Below, in pieces: positions 1 to 8,406 of a stretch of DNA of 36,971 bases. Both the position numbers and the translations under genes were made by a program. Within the stretch, counting starts at the first letter, position 1, and each line of letters opens with the position of its first letter. The stretch comes from a virus (Duplodnaviria > Heunggongvirae > Uroviricota > Caudoviricetes). The notes under the pieces were generated by a model. It had not been told where the DNA came from. It worked only from the letters and a program-made list of their open reading frames with translations, and made no database searches. Where the stretch lies: IMG/VR virus record IMGVR_UViG_2711768012_000020; one strand, 5' to 3'.

Positions 1-573
1 ATGTTTTGCGAAGAAAAAGTAGCTCAAATGGCTGCATACCTACTTCTTAAGCGAGGTGGGCGCATGGCATATCTGAAATTGATGAAGCTGCTCTATCTGT
101 CTAACCGCAAGTCGATTTTGAAGCATGGCAGGATGATCGGCGAAGATAGCCTTTACTCTATGAAATTTGGTCCAGTCATGTCGAATACGCTGAACTTGAT
201 TCGTGGTAAGGCTGAAGGTATTGGTGACTACTGGTACAACCTGATAGAGACGAACGGGCATGATGTGTTGTTGCGTTCAGATCCGAGGGAAATGGATGCA
301 GACGAGGTCTTTGATGAGTTGAGCCGTGCAGATATCCGGATTTTAGATGAAATCTATTCTCTGTATGGGCATATGAACCGATTTGATCTCGCAAACATGA
401 CGCATTTAGAAAGCGTTTGTCCAGAGTGGCACAATCCTGGCAATTCTCGTAAGCCTATAGACCTGAAAGAAATGCTGATCAGTGAGGGTAAAAGCGAGGA
501 TGAGGCTAATCGTATAATTGGCAAAATGGAAGAATCTCAGAAACTTAAGGAATTTTCTTTGCAATTATCATGA
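1..573 (+). CDS. Panacea (DUF4065)-domain protein, putative PanA-like antitoxin; 5' end may be cut by the window edge
   Basis: 190-aa ORF from nt 1; N-terminal pattern AYLLLKRG..MAYLKLMKLLYLSNRKSIL...YSMKFGPVMSNTLNLIRGK matches the conserved core of Panacea/GepA/SocA-like proteins as I recall it; stop overlaps the next ORF start (ATGA at 570-573). Confidence 0.55.
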   Translation: MFCEEKVAQMAAYLLLKRGGRMAYLKLMKLLYLSNRKSILKHGRMIGEDSLYSMKFGPVMSNTLNLIRGKAEGIGDYWYNLIETNGHDVLLRSDPREMDADEVFDELSRADIRILDEIYSLYGHMNRFDLANMTHLESVCPEWHNPGNSRKPIDLKEMLISEGKSEDEANRIIGKMEESQKLKEFSLQLS

Positions 574-989
574 CGGATTATCAGCCATACAGGAAAGGAA
601 CTGTGCTTGCCCCAACTGGGCCATGCAATCATCTTCATGTGATTTGTAATGATCCTGTTTATTACCCCGTTAACGATTGTTATTGTGTTTTAGTTGTTAA
701 TATTTCTAGTATCAAGGATGGTGTCCCCCACGATCCGTCTTGCGTCTTGAATTCTGGTGATCATCGCTTTATCAAGCATCCAAGTTATGTTGTTTACGCT
801 GAAGCTATAATTTGGCGAGTGGATAACATGGTTAGAAAGCAGCGATCGGGTGAGATTTCCGTTCATGATGATATGCCAGAAGCTACATTCAATAGAATTC
901 TGGACGGTTTTGATATATCTGATGAAGTTACGCCAAAGAACCTTAAATTTAAAAATAAATATTGCGTATCATCTATTGATGATGAGTAA
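570..989 (+). CDS. Hypothetical 139-aa protein, candidate toxin/effector partner of the upstream Panacea-like gene
   Basis: ORF with a 4-nt ATGA overlap to the upstream gene (translational coupling); AT-rich relative to neighbours; Cys/His-rich N-terminal half; no family recognised. Confidence 0.45.
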   Translation: MTDYQPYRKGTVLAPTGPCNHLHVICNDPVYYPVNDCYCVLVVNISSIKDGVPHDPSCVLNSGDHRFIKHPSYVVYAEAIIWRVDNMVRKQRSGEISVHDDMPEATFNRILDGFDISDEVTPKNLKFKNKYCVSSIDDE

Positions 990-1028
990 ACAACAGGAAT
1001 TGTTTCGGTATAGCTTCTGGAGTTTTCT

Positions 1029-1202
1029 ATGGAAGATCAAAAAGCAACCAAGCCACAGGTTAAGTTCGACACAATGAAAGCATTCGCAGGTATGGGTGCT
1101 GCTGTTGAAGTTCTGATGAAGGCTGCTCCTAATGCGTTCACTCACGCTACTGTCTCTGGTAAAGAGCAGCAGGGTAAGCTTCGTCGTCGCAAAGCAGCAT
1201 GA
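1029..1202 (+). CDS. Small hypothetical protein (57 aa)
   Basis: ATG at 1029 preceded by GGAG at 1019-1022; ends immediately before an intrinsic terminator; below the 60-aa cutoff of the ORF track; function unknown. Confidence 0.3.
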   Translation: MEDQKATKPQVKFDTMKAFAGMGAAVEVLMKAAPNAFTHATVSGKEQQGKLRRRKAA

Positions 1203-1221
1203 TCATAGCTGGTGCTTTTTG

Positions 1222-1248
1222 AAAACCCGCCTTTAGGCGGGTTTTTTC
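1222..1248. terminator. Bidirectional rho-independent terminator between convergent genes
   Basis: aaaacccgcc-ttta-ggcgggtttttt: GC stem flanked by an A-run and a T-run, between + genes ending at 1202 and a - gene ending at 1250. Confidence 0.6.
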
Positions 1249-1249
1249 T

Positions 1250-1531
1250 TTAGTGATGTTCTTTGCCCTTCTGTTTGCCTGTTCTGACCTGTTCCCACTC
1301 GATACGTCCTTCTTCTCGTCTTTTGTCTATGTATTCCGCAAGATCCTGAATATTGATGCAACGTTTTGCTTTTTGTGATGTACCGATGCGATATGTAGGT
1401 ACAGGCAACTTACAAGCGTTTGCTTTTGCTTCTGCTGTGGCTGGACTCATACCAAAGTATTTTTGACTAACTGCTGAGAGTTCAATGTTTGGGGTATTGA
1501 ATTCAGCCATCAGTAAAAACAAGGTATTCAT
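1250..1531 (-). CDS. Excisionase-like / PrtN-family small DNA-binding protein
   Basis: 93-aa ORF; GGAG 7 nt upstream of the ATG at 1531; the motif IGTSQKAKRCINIQDLAEYIDKRR resembles winged-helix excisionase/pyocin-activator-type regulators; family call from memory. Confidence 0.5.
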   Translation of the reverse strand: MNTLFLLMAEFNTPNIELSAVSQKYFGMSPATAEAKANACKLPVPTYRIGTSQKAKRCINIQDLAEYIDKRREEGRIEWEQVRTGKQKGKEHH

Positions 1532-1567
1532 ATCATTTCTCCATCATAACCGGCTGCACCCGGTGAG

Positions 1568-2362
1568 TTACTTATTCATTTCAATAATATTATTTTCTAT
1601 CATTGATTTATTTAAAACCAAAGAAGGAGCAAGATGGTTGTCTATTTTAAACAATGCATAACTTTTAAACTGTTGGTGATATCCGTAACTAATAAGGATG
1701 CTAGAAAAATCTCTTAATTCATCTTCTTTTAAAAAATTAAAATGAAATGGGTTGTCACCATTTATGAACAATGAAACATCTATTATGCAGTATTTCTCTC
1801 CGTTGTCATTTGCATAGAAAAAAATATAAGACATTCTGTTTGTTAAGACAATGCCATTAAATTTTCTTATGTCTGTAGCTATTTTGTTTTCCATGTTTGG
1901 TGCTACATATTTATTTTCAGAAATACATTTAATTTCATCTCCAGATGTCGTGATTATATAAAAATGAAACTTATCAGAAATATCTAACTTAACTACGCCA
2001 TCATTATTGTAAAGGCTGCTAAATTTTGGTGGTTCAACTTTTAAAGAATCATAGTTCTTTAAAAGAAGAGGGGAGTCAAATTTAATAACTTGTAGTATCC
2101 CTTTACCTTCAACCTCCATATTGATTGAAGATATAGCAATTGCATTATCTCTTTTATTATTCAGGATTATGGTTGATATATGCATGTCATATATTCTACT
2201 TGCATTTGCTGAATACGACACTGTCACCTTTTTTGATATTTTTTGCACGCCAAAATATATAGTGAAGGCAGCGGCAAGAATAGATAAGAATTTAATGTCA
2301 AATAAGGACCATAGCCACATTAGTTGCTCAATTGCTTCAGAGTTAATCATTTGCTTTACCAT
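1568..2362 (-). CDS. AT-rich membrane-anchored protein of unknown function (candidate superinfection-exclusion or abortive-infection moron)
   Basis: Long ORF (track 1568-2401; start choice among ATGs at 2401/2362/2350 uncertain); N-terminal hydrophobic helix LMWLWSLFDIKFLSILAAAFTIYFGV; Asn/Lys/Ile-rich composition, visibly more AT-rich than flanking phage genes. Confidence 0.5.
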   Translation of the reverse strand: MVKQMINSEAIEQLMWLWSLFDIKFLSILAAAFTIYFGVQKISKKVTVSYSANASRIYDMHISTIILNNKRDNAIAISSINMEVEGKGILQVIKFDSPLLLKNYDSLKVEPPKFSSLYNNDGVVKLDISDKFHFYIITTSGDEIKCISENKYVAPNMENKIATDIRKFNGIVLTNRMSYIFFYANDNGEKYCIIDVSLFINGDNPFHFNFLKEDELRDFSSILISYGYHQQFKSYALFKIDNHLAPSLVLNKSMIENNIIEMNK

Positions 2363-2538
2363 TATCGCTGTAATACAACACATGTGTGTATATATACGCA
2401 ATGCAATTATTTTGCAAGTGCTTCATTTACTATCAATAGCTACGTCACGTTATTGTTTAATGGTTCTTTATAGGGGCGGCAATAGTTAAAATTATCGCTT
2501 CCGTAAATGCCCCCGCAGGGGCATTTGCAGTAATGAAA

Positions 2539-3363
2539 TCAGGCGGTGAAAGTACCAATAAAGGTTTCTACTTTGCTGTCTTTGAATTTCTCAACAAGCA
2601 GATCACGAAATTCGTTAGCCATTTCTTCCTGTACCGCTTCCAGCTGAATAATGCGCAGAACCAGTACAGGACGATCGCCAGTGATAATGCTGAGGCGTAA
2701 TTTAAACGGACGTTCTTTCAGACCTTCAAACGGAACGCATTTAAATTCAAATGCCACTGGCATAATGTCTTTGGTCTTCGCTTCGACAGACTCCATCAGG
2801 GAGCGTTTGCCGCTGAAGTCATTATCTTCAAAATCAGCGGTCTGGTTCGCTTCAATTGTGATTTTACGGATCGCCGCAGCCGCTTTGGTTGCCTGAATGG
2901 CGTCACCATTAGCATCAAAGCCCACAAGGTAGTCGGCCCAGTCTTCAATCCATTCTGCCAGTGACTTCTGGGAGTTACGCTCGCCATTAACAGACAACAG
3001 AGCAGAGAACGGAGCTGTCTTTTTCAGTTTGAGAGTGGCGGTGTTATCTGCGTGACCTGGTTCATCAATAGTACCCAGGTTAAGAACACTGACGGCACGC
3101 ATATTATCAGCATCGATAAAGCAGCGGGTGCCTTCATCTGCAAGATCTTTAGAATAACGAGTAAAGTCATCGATGCTGGCAGTGGAAAGCGCACCACGGA
3201 AACGGAAACGATTTAAATTTAATTTTTCCAGATCATGAATGCGGAAATTCTCAGGCAATGCCACAGCATCGGCACCAATCTTACTGATAATTTCATTAAC
3301 ACCCTGAGCAGAAATAAGGGCATGGATTTGATTAATTGCGGTTGCGTCTAAGTTCTGAGACAT
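2539..3363 (-). CDS. Conserved prophage early-left protein (resembles the YfdQ/DUF2303 type), function unknown
   Basis: 274-aa ORF with RBS GTGAGGA 6 nt upstream of the ATG; typical E. coli-like codon usage; family assignment is a recollection, not a computed match. Confidence 0.55.
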   Translation of the reverse strand: MSQNLDATAINQIHALISAQGVNEIISKIGADAVALPENFRIHDLEKLNLNRFRFRGALSTASIDDFTRYSKDLADEGTRCFIDADNMRAVSVLNLGTIDEPGHADNTATLKLKKTAPFSALLSVNGERNSQKSLAEWIEDWADYLVGFDANGDAIQATKAAAAIRKITIEANQTADFEDNDFSGKRSLMESVEAKTKDIMPVAFEFKCVPFEGLKERPFKLRLSIITGDRPVLVLRIIQLEAVQEEMANEFRDLLVEKFKDSKVETFIGTFTA

Positions 3364-3428
3364 AATAAGTCCTCACTATATAAAGATATTCAGTGATGAG
3401 ATAAATAATCGGTTAATTAAGAACGATA

Positions 3429-3791
3429 TTAATGACCTGCTGCGCGGAGTTTTCCGTCAGGTTCACCGGCAAGAGTCAGTAATTGTCCCTGGTCTTCCTG
3501 CAGAATAGTCAGGCGACCACCGCGATTGACATACATCGGCGTTTCGGTGGTGTCTTCTTCGGAAATTTTCCCGCGGTTAGTCGGGCGAACATATGAGAGT
3601 TTGTGTTTGATTTTCACACGGTTCTCATCAAATGGTTCGATTTCCAGGTTGAGTGAGACCTTACCTTTGGTTTTCGTGTTCATCACACCGGAAGCGACTT
3701 CACTGAGAACTGCGCCGATTTTGGTTTCAAATACGCCGCCGTCCAGCTCCCCAATAAATGCCTGCACATCAGTACTGCGTTCGCTAGCCAT
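3429..3791 (-). CDS. Hypothetical early-left protein (120 aa)
   Basis: ATG at 3791 preceded by AGGAGC; the track ORF extends to 3977 but that N-terminal extension is Arg/Cys/His-rich junk with no RBS. Confidence 0.5.
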   Translation of the reverse strand: MASERSTDVQAFIGELDGGVFETKIGAVLSEVASGVMNTKTKGKVSLNLEIEPFDENRVKIKHKLSYVRPTNRGKISEEDTTETPMYVNRGGRLTILQEDQGQLLTLAGEPDGKLRAAGH

Positions 3792-4443
3792 TTTGCTGCT
3801 CCTAATCATATCGACCCTGCAAGGTCGGTTGGTTTCTCCACAAAACAGAGAAGAACACCTGCGGTGGCAGCCGCCCGGATGGATTTGGTTATGAGCCCGT
3901 CGTCCGGTGATGCTCTTCTCTGTTTTGTAAAAAGAGCGGTACCAGCCGGAAGCAAGTGTACAAACTGGTACCGCCAAAGCAGTGGCTGTTGTGGTGACCG
4001 GTGCTGATCTCCGGCTTGCGGTTATTTCAGACTCTCACGGGCGTTTAATTGCCCCGCCGAACAGCTCTTTTCCGCATTAGCTGCAATGTCTTTCGCGCAT
4101 CAGCCTGCGCATTCACCACAACGCTGAGAGCACTTAGCCAGTTACGGCACCACACTTTGTCGCGGTTCCATAAATGTCCTCATCGTTGCACCCTGGTCTC
4201 TTCCCAGGCGTCAAACCGAATCGCCACGCTGGTTAGGCGTCTTATCAGCATCATCATTGACTTGCACATTCCGGCTACCTGGTTTGTTTGCCCGAGCAAG
4301 GAGTGGATTGTCCCCTTTAACGTCCCCAGACCGCTAACGACGCATGTGCCATACGCCGTGTTACAACCAAATTTTGTTTAATCTTGCCTGTGCTGTGTTT
4401 CTTTTAGATACATTATGTATCCCAAAGGTACATTGTCAAGTAT

Positions 4444-4466
4444 AAAAAAACCTGCCGAAGCAGGTT
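4444..4466 (-). terminator. Intrinsic terminator downstream of the cI-like repressor gene
   Basis: On the minus strand: cctgcttcggcagg hairpin followed by TTTTTTT, directly after the repressor stop at 4478. Confidence 0.5.
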
Positions 4467-4477
4467 ATAAATATTGA

Positions 4478-5152
4478 TTAGGCCTTTATTATGTATCTTC
4501 TTGGTTTTCCTGAGAAAATCACTGTACCAATTATAGAGCAATTACCGTTAATCTTAATGTAAGGCTCAGGCCAGTTTGGGTTTAATGCTTTGAGATAACG
4601 CTGTGTTCCATCTTCTATCAACCGCTTGAAGGTGGTTTCGCCTGTATCGTGCATCAATGCAATAACGTCGTCACCGTGGCAGGCAGGGACTTCAGGATCA
4701 ACAAAAATCATGTCTCCCGGGCGGTACTCATCAATCATTGAATCACCAATCACCCGCAAGATATAAGTCATTTCGCCACAGGGTACAGGGCAGGGATAAG
4801 TTTCTGCTGTGCTCAAATCAACCTCAGAATAGCCAACTTCTTTCCATGCTCCGGCCTGTACCCATGATATGACAGGGACTAACGTTATTTGTTTGTTAGT
4901 GATTGAAACGTCAGGTTTTTTTGTGATGTTCGTTGTCTGGTGTTCTTGATCAAGCCATCCGACAGGCAGGTCGAAACATTTTTCGATGTGCCGTGCCATG
5001 CTGTCACCGATATTTTTAGTTGCACCATCTCCCATAAACCTGCTGGTCTGGGTTGGCTCGCGATCAATCATGGTGGCAAAGGAAGAATTCCCGCCAACAC
5101 CATCTCTCAGTTTTCTGGCGTTAGACCGCCGGATGTCATGGACTGTTTTCAT
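4478..5152 (-). CDS. cI: CI-type prophage repressor (HTH plus LexA-like S24 peptidase domain)
   Basis: 224 aa; N-terminal HTH region; C-terminal GDSM serine motif and downstream Lys as in LexA/CI autocleaving repressors; divergent from the cro-like gene across an operator region. Confidence 0.85.
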   Translation of the reverse strand: MKTVHDIRRSNARKLRDGVGGNSSFATMIDREPTQTSRFMGDGATKNIGDSMARHIEKCFDLPVGWLDQEHQTTNITKKPDVSITNKQITLVPVISWVQAGAWKEVGYSEVDLSTAETYPCPVPCGEMTYILRVIGDSMIDEYRPGDMIFVDPEVPACHGDDVIALMHDTGETTFKRLIEDGTQRYLKALNPNWPEPYIKINGNCSIIGTVIFSGKPRRYIIKA

Positions 5153-5242
5153 AAAGAAATTAAAACCTTTGTACCGATAAGGTACAAGTATCTTGAAGGT
5201 TCATCTCAATCATGTAATATGTATACCGGAGGTACATATTGT
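5153..5242. promoter_or_regulatory. Divergent immunity-region promoter/operator region (OR-like)
   Basis: Palindrome TTGTACC-gataa-GGTACAA at 5168-5186 and a second GGTAC-containing imperfect palindrome at about 5222-5240, just upstream of the cro-like ATG; lies between divergent cI and cro-like genes. Confidence 0.55.
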
Positions 5243-5443
5243 ATGAAAGCGTATTGGGACTCTTTAACCAAAGAACAGCAGGGTGAGTTGGCCGGAAAAG
5301 TTGGCTCAACACCAGGCTACTTACGGCTGGTTTTCAATGGTTATAAAAAAGCCAGTTTTGTGCTGGCTAAAAAACTTGAGCAATGCACGTCAGGTGCAAT
5401 TACGAAATCTGACTTAAGACCGGATATCTATCCGAAAGATTAA
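5243..5443 (+). CDS. Cro-like small HTH regulator
   Basis: 66 aa; GGAGG RBS upstream of the ATG at 5243; divergent from cI; HTH-like motif TKEQQGELAGKVGSTPGYLRLVFNG. Confidence 0.7.
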   Translation: MKAYWDSLTKEQQGELAGKVGSTPGYLRLVFNGYKKASFVLAKKLEQCTSGAITKSDLRPDIYPKD

Positions 5444-5486
5444 CAGAACACCTTCAATTTTTAACCACAGAACGATGAGGCTAACC

Positions 5487-6038
5487 GTGGGTAAGCATCA
5501 CTGGAAAGTAGAAAAACAGCCTGAGTGGTACGTGAAAGCTGTCAGAAAAACTATCGCGGCGTTGCCGGGGGGTTACGCTGAAGCTGCTGAGTGGCTGGAT
5601 GTAACAGAGAACGCTTTATTCAACCGCCTTCGTGCAGATGGCGATCAGATTTTCCCGCTGGGATGGGCAATGATTTTACAGCGCGCGGCTGGCACTCACT
5701 ACATTGCGGATGCTGTCGCACAGTCTGCTGGTGGGGTGTTTGTATCGCTTCCTGAAATTGAGGAAGTAGAGAACGCCGATATAAACCAGCGCCTGCTGGA
5801 AGTCATCGAACAGATCGGGAGTTACTCAAAGCAGATTCGTTCGGCAATCGAAGATGGGGTAGTGGAGCCACACGAGCAGACAGCAATTAATGATGAGTTG
5901 TATCTGTCAATTTCGAAGCTCCAGGAGCATGCAGCACTGGTCTACAAAATCTTTTGCGCTCCAGAAAAGAGTGACGCCCGCGAGTGTGCAGCTCCGGGCG
6001 TCGTGGCGTTTTGTGTCTGTGGAGAAACTAACGCATGA
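5487..6038 (+). CDS. CII-like early regulatory protein (tentative)
   Basis: ORF directly downstream of cro; probable GTG start at 5487 with GAGG 6 nt upstream (track shows 5475); position is consistent with cII-type genes; family not confirmed. Confidence 0.4.
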   Translation: MGKHHWKVEKQPEWYVKAVRKTIAALPGGYAEAAEWLDVTENALFNRLRADGDQIFPLGWAMILQRAAGTHYIADAVAQSAGGVFVSLPEIEEVENADINQRLLEVIEQIGSYSKQIRSAIEDGVVEPHEQTAINDELYLSISKLQEHAALVYKIFCAPEKSDARECAAPGVVAFCVCGETNA

Positions 6039-6871
6039 ACAGTTTAACGGCAAATAACCGTTTGTCGCAACAGCTGGTGGTCAGCGTCGCTGAACACCTG
6101 TTGTTACGGCATGAATGCAGATTACCAAATCACCTGGCTGTAAGTAACCACAGAGAACTTTACCTGACTGTGGGGGGCGAGTTGTGCAGGAACTTAACCG
6201 CTGGTTTCGTGACGGAAGAGGACTTTATGTTCATGTTATTCGTTGGGAGCCAGAAACACAGCGCGTTATCTATCTTCGCAAAGACTACCCGCATGAGTGC
6301 TTTAGTCCTTTGTGGAAATTCAGGCGTGATTTTGTTGAGTGTGAAGGACCACCAGCACATTGATTCTGCCATTCCGGGACGTTACACTGTTCAGGCACCT
6401 TATAAAGCGGGTGCCGGGATTGGCGTCCTGGAATTGATCAAGGCGATATATGACGCGCCAGCGTCTTTTTTATCGTCCGCATTTGCTCACATCAAAGTTA
6501 TGGTGGGCTGGGCGGGGGCATCGAAAGATGCGCCGGTTTCCTTGATCACCGGTTACGCCAACCCCGTTCAGTTCACCACCAGCGAAATTGGCGTTTCCGG
6601 TGGTGGAAGTATTTCACCGATCAAGGAGGCTGCCATCATGGCTACTGTCCCAGCCCTCACTCGTCTGAATGATGAAGACTTACATAAACTCAGTTATGTA
6701 ACAACTGCACTACGTGCTCTGCGCAAGGTAACTCTTTCGGATCCGCAGGCACATCAGGTTCTGGTAGAAACCCTTCTTAACTTGCAAGCTGAACGTATTC
6801 GTCTGGCGGATAAGGCTAATTTTCATATTCACCGTCTCCTGAATATCAGCGGAGGGCATCGTCATGCTTAA
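6035..6871 (+). CDS. Hypothetical protein, first gene of the coupled replication-region operon
   Basis: 278-aa ORF, the only long open frame on either strand here; start overlaps the upstream stop (ATGA at 6035-6038); no domain recognised. Confidence 0.45.
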   Translation: MNSLTANNRLSQQLVVSVAEHLLLRHECRLPNHLAVSNHRELYLTVGGELCRNLTAGFVTEEDFMFMLFVGSQKHSALSIFAKTTRMSALVLCGNSGVILLSVKDHQHIDSAIPGRYTVQAPYKAGAGIGVLELIKAIYDAPASFLSSAFAHIKVMVGWAGASKDAPVSLITGYANPVQFTTSEIGVSGGGSISPIKEAAIMATVPALTRLNDEDLHKLSYVTTALRALRKVTLSDPQAHQVLVETLLNLQAERIRLADKANFHIHRLLNISGGHRHA

Positions 6872-7100
6872 TCCGTTGATCCTCAATATTTGCCGTTTGC
6901 TTCAGCGTAAAAAAATATCAATTCCTACAGTTGGGCAGTGGTACACCACGCCTGCAGGGCATGTTCTACGTGTTAGCCTGGTTGACCGTGAATGCCAGAA
7001 GGTGATTTGTGAACCGCTGGGCCGTAATTACCGCGTCAGTATGCCGCTTATAGCCTTTCGCTCCGGAAAAAACATGAAGCATCTCGGAGGTGCAGCATGA
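6864..7100 (+). CDS. Small hypothetical protein (78 aa), translationally coupled
   Basis: ATG at 6864 overlaps the upstream stop (6869-6871); its stop overlaps the next gene's ATG at 7097. Confidence 0.4.
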   Translation: MLNPLILNICRLLQRKKISIPTVGQWYTTPAGHVLRVSLVDRECQKVICEPLGRNYRVSMPLIAFRSGKNMKHLGGAA

Positions 7101-7915
7101 GTATGGAGCTGATGGTTAAAGCGATGAAAATTCGAGTGGGTAATCCATTGCGAAAACTGGTTCTGATCAAGCTGGCTGATAATGCCAGCGATCAGGGTGA
7201 GTGCTGGCCCAGCTACCAGCATATTGCTGACCAGTGCGAAATTAGCAAACGTTCTGTGATGAATCATATTGCGGCCCTTTGTGAGTCCGGGCTGGTAAAA
7301 AAAGTCACCCGGAAAGGTGAAAAAGGTAACTCAAGTAATATCTATCTCCTTCATCTGGATGGTGCAGGAGATTCACTAGGGGGTAGTGCAAATAATTCAC
7401 TATCTGGTGCAGCAAATTCACCAGGTAGTGCAGGAGTTGCACCAGGGGGTAGTGCAGGAGATTCACCCAGAACCAGTCACTCTTTTGAACCAGTCAAAGA
7501 ACCAGTCAATGAACCAATAGCTGTTGGTGCATCAGTTGATGAGTCCGTGCGAGTTCGTTCAAACCGACCGGAATACTCTCCGGAGTTTGAGCAGGCATGG
7601 CTGGCATATCCCAAACGTGCTGGTGGCAATTCAAAATCTGCAGCCTTCAAAGCCTGGAAAGCCCGTTTGAATGAGGGAGTAAACCCCGAAACCATGCTGG
7701 AAGGTGTGAAACGCTACGCGGGATGGGTATCTGCGATGGGTAACAGCGGCACACAATTTGTGAAACAGGCTGTCACGTTCTTTGGTCCGGATCGTCATTT
7801 CGAAGAATTCTGGGAAGTTCCTGCGGTATCTGCAGCCAGACGCGAGGACCCGTACTTCAAAGCCAGTTACGACAACGTGGACTACAGCCAGATCCCGGCA
7901 GGATTCAGGGGGTGA
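7097..7915 (+). CDS. Replication initiator (O-like; N-terminal HTH, Gly/Ser linker carrying ori iterons)
   Basis: 272 aa; N-terminal winged-helix-like region (LVLIKLADNASDQGECWPSYQHIADQCEISKRSVMNHIAALCESGLV); direct DNA repeats inside the coding sequence, as for the lambda origin inside O. Confidence 0.6.
   Translation: MSMELMVKAMKIRVGNPLRKLVLIKLADNASDQGECWPSYQHIADQCEISKRSVMNHIAALCESGLVKKVTRKGEKGNSSNIYLLHLDGAGDSLGGSANNSLSGAANSPGSAGVAPGGSAGDSPRTSHSFEPVKEPVNEPIAVGASVDESVRVRSNRPEYSPEFEQAWLAYPKRAGGNSKSAAFKAWKARLNEGVNPETMLEGVKRYAGWVSAMGNSGTQFVKQAVTFFGPDRHFEEFWEVPAVSAARREDPYFKASYDNVDYSQIPAGFRG
7358..7520. repeat. Putative replication origin: iteron arrays inside the initiator gene
   Basis: About five copies of GGT(A)GTGCAGGAGATTCAC-like units at roughly 21-bp spacing (about 7361-7468), followed by three tandem GAACCAGTCA decamers plus a fourth degenerate copy (about 7472-7520). 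Confidence 0.55.
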
Positions 7916-7917
7916 TC

Positions 7918-8406
7918 ATGAGTCTTTTGAATGAAGTTCAGAAATTCATTGAAGCCCATCCGGGGTGTACTTCCGGAGACATTGCGGATGCTTTTGCAGG
8001 TTACTCACGGCAGCGCGTTCTGCAGTCAGCAAGCAAGTTACGTCAGAGTGGGCGTGTGGCTCACCGTTATGAAGGAGATACACGCAGACATTTCCCACGC
8101 CTGACTGAGAGAGCGCAGGAGCCGGAACCACAACCAGTTCGTGAAACCAGACCTGTGCGCAATTTCTATGTCGGCACTAACGATCCCCGGGTGATTTTGT
8201 GCCTGACCCGCCAGGCGGAAGAACTGGAGTCCAGGGGCTTATACCGTCGTGCTGCAACGGTGTGGATGGCGGCATTCCGTGAAAGCCACTCCCAGCCAGA
8301 ACGAAACAATTTTCTGGCGCGTCGTGAGCGGTGCTTACGGAAAAGCAGCAAGCGCGCTGCATCGGGTGAAGAGTGGTATCTGTCAGGGAATTACGTGGGG
8401 GCTTAA
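7918..8406 (+). CDS. Winged-helix DNA-binding protein, possibly PerC-like regulator
   Basis: 163 aa; ATG at 7918 three nt after the upstream stop; N-terminal winged-helix-like region, basic C-terminus; family tentative. Confidence 0.5.
   Translation: MSLLNEVQKFIEAHPGCTSGDIADAFAGYSRQRVLQSASKLRQSGRVAHRYEGDTRRHFPRLTERAQEPEPQPVRETRPVRNFYVGTNDPRVILCLTRQAEELESRGLYRRAATVWMAAFRESHSQPERNNFLARRERCLRKSSKRAASGEEWYLSGNYVGA

Noticed and set aside
2121-2489. 122-aa + strand ORF overlapping the AT-rich membrane protein gene
   Set aside because: It is antisense to the longer minus-strand ORF, has no RBS, and its hydrophobic translation is a by-product of AT-rich sequence.
2498-2520. Hairpin aaatgcccc-cgca-ggggcattt as a terminator after the YfdQ-like gene
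   Set aside because: A strong GC stem but no adjacent U-tract on either strand, so it is not called as an intrinsic terminator; it may be an RNA processing or stability element.
3792-3977. N-terminal extension of ORF 3429-3977 (minus strand)
   Set aside because: The extension is Arg/Cys/His-rich with no RBS, while the internal ATG at 3791 has a strong AGGAGC RBS; the gene is called as 3429-3791.
4049-4381. 110-aa + strand ORF in the early-left leader
   Set aside because: Arg/Ser/Thr/Pro-rich low-complexity composition, no RBS, and opposite to the expected leftward transcription; probably non-coding.
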